Shown in pieces: positions 62,030 to 64,000 of a stretch of 64,000 bases of DNA (position 1 is the first letter of the stretch; each line of letters starts with the position of its first letter). Source of the DNA: Okamejei kenojei (Eukaryota); assembly GCA_035221665.1 (NCBI GenBank), contig CM069155.1, positions 29,388,001 to 29,452,000 on the forward strand, read 5' to 3'. Position numbers and translations under genes: made by a program. The notes beneath the pieces were generated by a model. The model searched no databases and was not told where the DNA came from. It saw only the letters and a list, made by a program, of their open reading frames with translations.

Positions 62030-64000
62030 TGGATATGTTGGTGAGAGTGAGCTGAGTAGTGGGAGATGCAATACAGCACAGGAAAGTGTGGAGTTTATAC
62101 ATTTGGGTGGCAGGAATAAAGGCATAGACTATTTTCTAAATATAGAAATAGTTTACAAATCGGAGATACAAAGGGACTTGGGAGTGTTGATGCATGGATA
62201 CCAAAAAAATGTTAAATTGCAAGTCGAAATCAGTAGGAAGGAATGTGAATGCAATGCTAGGATTATTTCGAGAGGGCTAGAATACAAAAACATGAATGTA
62301 ATGCTGAGGTTATATAAGGAACTGCTCAGGGACTGGATTTAGATTATTATGCCCAGTTTAGGCCCCGTATCAGAAGAATTATGTGTTGGCTATAGAGATG
62401 GGACAACGAGGAGGTCCGATACGAGAACATGATACCAGGAATAAATGGGTTATATGTGATGAGGGCACAGGGCTTGTACTCGCAGGAGTTTAGAAGGATG
62501 AAGGGATATCTCATTGAAACTTGCATTGTGAATGGCTTATATAGAGTAAACCCCCCACGGGGAGGATGTTTCTACTGGTGGAGATTCTGGGGCCAGTGGC
62601 CATAGACTCAGCATTAAAGGATGTACCTTTAGAAAGGAGACGAGGAGGATATGCTAATTTTATTCATGGGGATGGTGAATCTTTGGAATCAATTGCCAAT
62701 AGAGAAGGCATGGATATTTTTACAGAGAAACATAGAAACATAGAAAATGAGGAGCGTAGAAGGCCTTTCGACCCTTGGAGCCTGCACACCACCATCCAAT
62801 ATGATCATGCCTAAACAATCATCCATAATCGTACTCCGTTACCTGCATTTTACCCCCATATCCCTTGATTCCTAACTATATCTAACTCTCGTGAAAACAT
62901 CCCAATGAATTGGGCCCCCACTGCCTTCTGTGGCAGAGGATTCCACTGATTCACAACTCACTTTGTCAAACGTTTCTTCTCATCGCAGTCCAAAATGGCC
63001 TACCCCTTATCTTAATCTGTGATGCCTGGTTCTGTTCACCCCAACATCAGAATAAAATAATAATCTGCATCAAGCCTGTCCAATTCCTTCAGAATTTTAT
63101 ATGTTTCTATAAGATCTCTTCTCATCCTTCTAATTTCAGTGGAATTCAAGCCCGTTAGTCCGTCATTCTTTCATCATATGTCATTCCCACCATCCGGGGA
63201 ATTAACCTGGTGACCTTACGCTGCACTCCCTCAATAGGAAGAATGTCCTTTCCATACAATTAGGGGAAATTAAAACTGCGCACAATAGTCCAGGTGTGGT
63301 TCTCATCAGGGCCCTGTACATCTGCAGTAGATACCTCCTTGCTCCTATACTCAAATCCTCTCGCTGTGAAGGCCAACATGCCATTTCATTTCTTCACTGC
63401 CTGCTGTACCTGAATGCTTACATTCAGTGACTGATGTACAAGGACATCCAGGCCTCATTGCACCACACCCATTTTCCTAAACTGACACAATTCAGATTCA
63501 GGGGTCTGAAGAAGGGTCTCGACCGAAACGTCGCCTATCTCCTTCGCTCCTTAGATGCTGCTGCAACCCGCTGAGTTTCTCATCTTTTGTGTACCCACAA
63601 TTCAGATTATAATCTGCCTTTTTGTTCTTGCCACCAAAATGGATAACCTCACATGTAGCCACATTATACTGCATCTGCCATGCATCTGCCCACTCACCCA
63701 ACCTATCCAAGTTAACCTACACCCCATACCACCCTCCTCACACTGCCACCAGCTTTGTGTCATCCGCAAGCTTGGAGATGTTACTTTTAATTCCCTCATC
63801 TTGATCGTTAATACATATTGTAAATAACTGGGTTACAGCACTGAGCATTGCGGCACCCCACCAGTCATTGTCTGCCATTCTGAAAGGGACCGTTAATTCC
63901 TTCTTCCTTCGCTTCCTGCCTGCCAACAGGTATCCATGTCAATACCCTGCTCCCAAAACCATGTGCTCTAATTTTGCACACTAATCACTTGTGTGGGACC
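62030..64000 (-). mobile_element. + strand CR1 fragment (62030-62720) interrupted by a - strand CR1 (62721-64000)
   Basis: Same nested junction as at 37298. Confidence 0.85.
63499..63595 (+). ncRNA. 97-bp Penelope-derived insert containing a minimal type I hammerhead ribozyme motif
   Basis: CTGAAGA 63506-63512, stem II GGTC-TC-GACC, GAAAC-GTC 63525-63532; 13-bp TSD CACAATTCAGATT. Confidence 0.7.

Noticed and set aside
55422-64000. Dense frameshifts and the poly-G tract at ~60098-60182 as biological decay or a G-quadruplex
   Set aside because: These short contigs between gaps show pervasive indels consistent with low-quality consensus, so they cannot be interpreted.

Overview
Repeat-rich vertebrate genomic DNA, most likely from a cartilaginous fish (skate/shark, inferred from the Ig light-chain type and repeat families). 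It has three assembly gaps and indel-rich sequence near them. Two host genes are readable, head-to-head about 22 kb apart. (1) A complete, intact immunoglobulin light-chain cluster on + (leader 42442-42496, pre-joined V-J 42615-42959 with no RSS, C 44439-44761; 240 aa). Its C domain resembles the elasmobranch lambda/type II class and its V has a long CDR2. (2) A gene the ORF track shows only in fragments, rebuilt here from splice signals on the - strand (ATG 20037, running off the left end). It encodes a type II membrane protein with a short tail, a TM exon and at least 6 symmetric phase-1 coiled-coil neck exons, probably a C-type-lectin-like receptor. The rest is mostly CR1 LINEs (three near full-length), L1 and Rex1 remnants, Penelope-like elements with minimal hammerhead ribozyme motifs, tRNA-type SINEs, a non-autonomous Gypsy LTR element and non-autonomous Helitrons, one carrying an apparent captured exon. 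The last ~4 kb duplicates the repeat architecture found 4-7 kb upstream of the IgL gene, which predicts a second IgL cluster just beyond the window.
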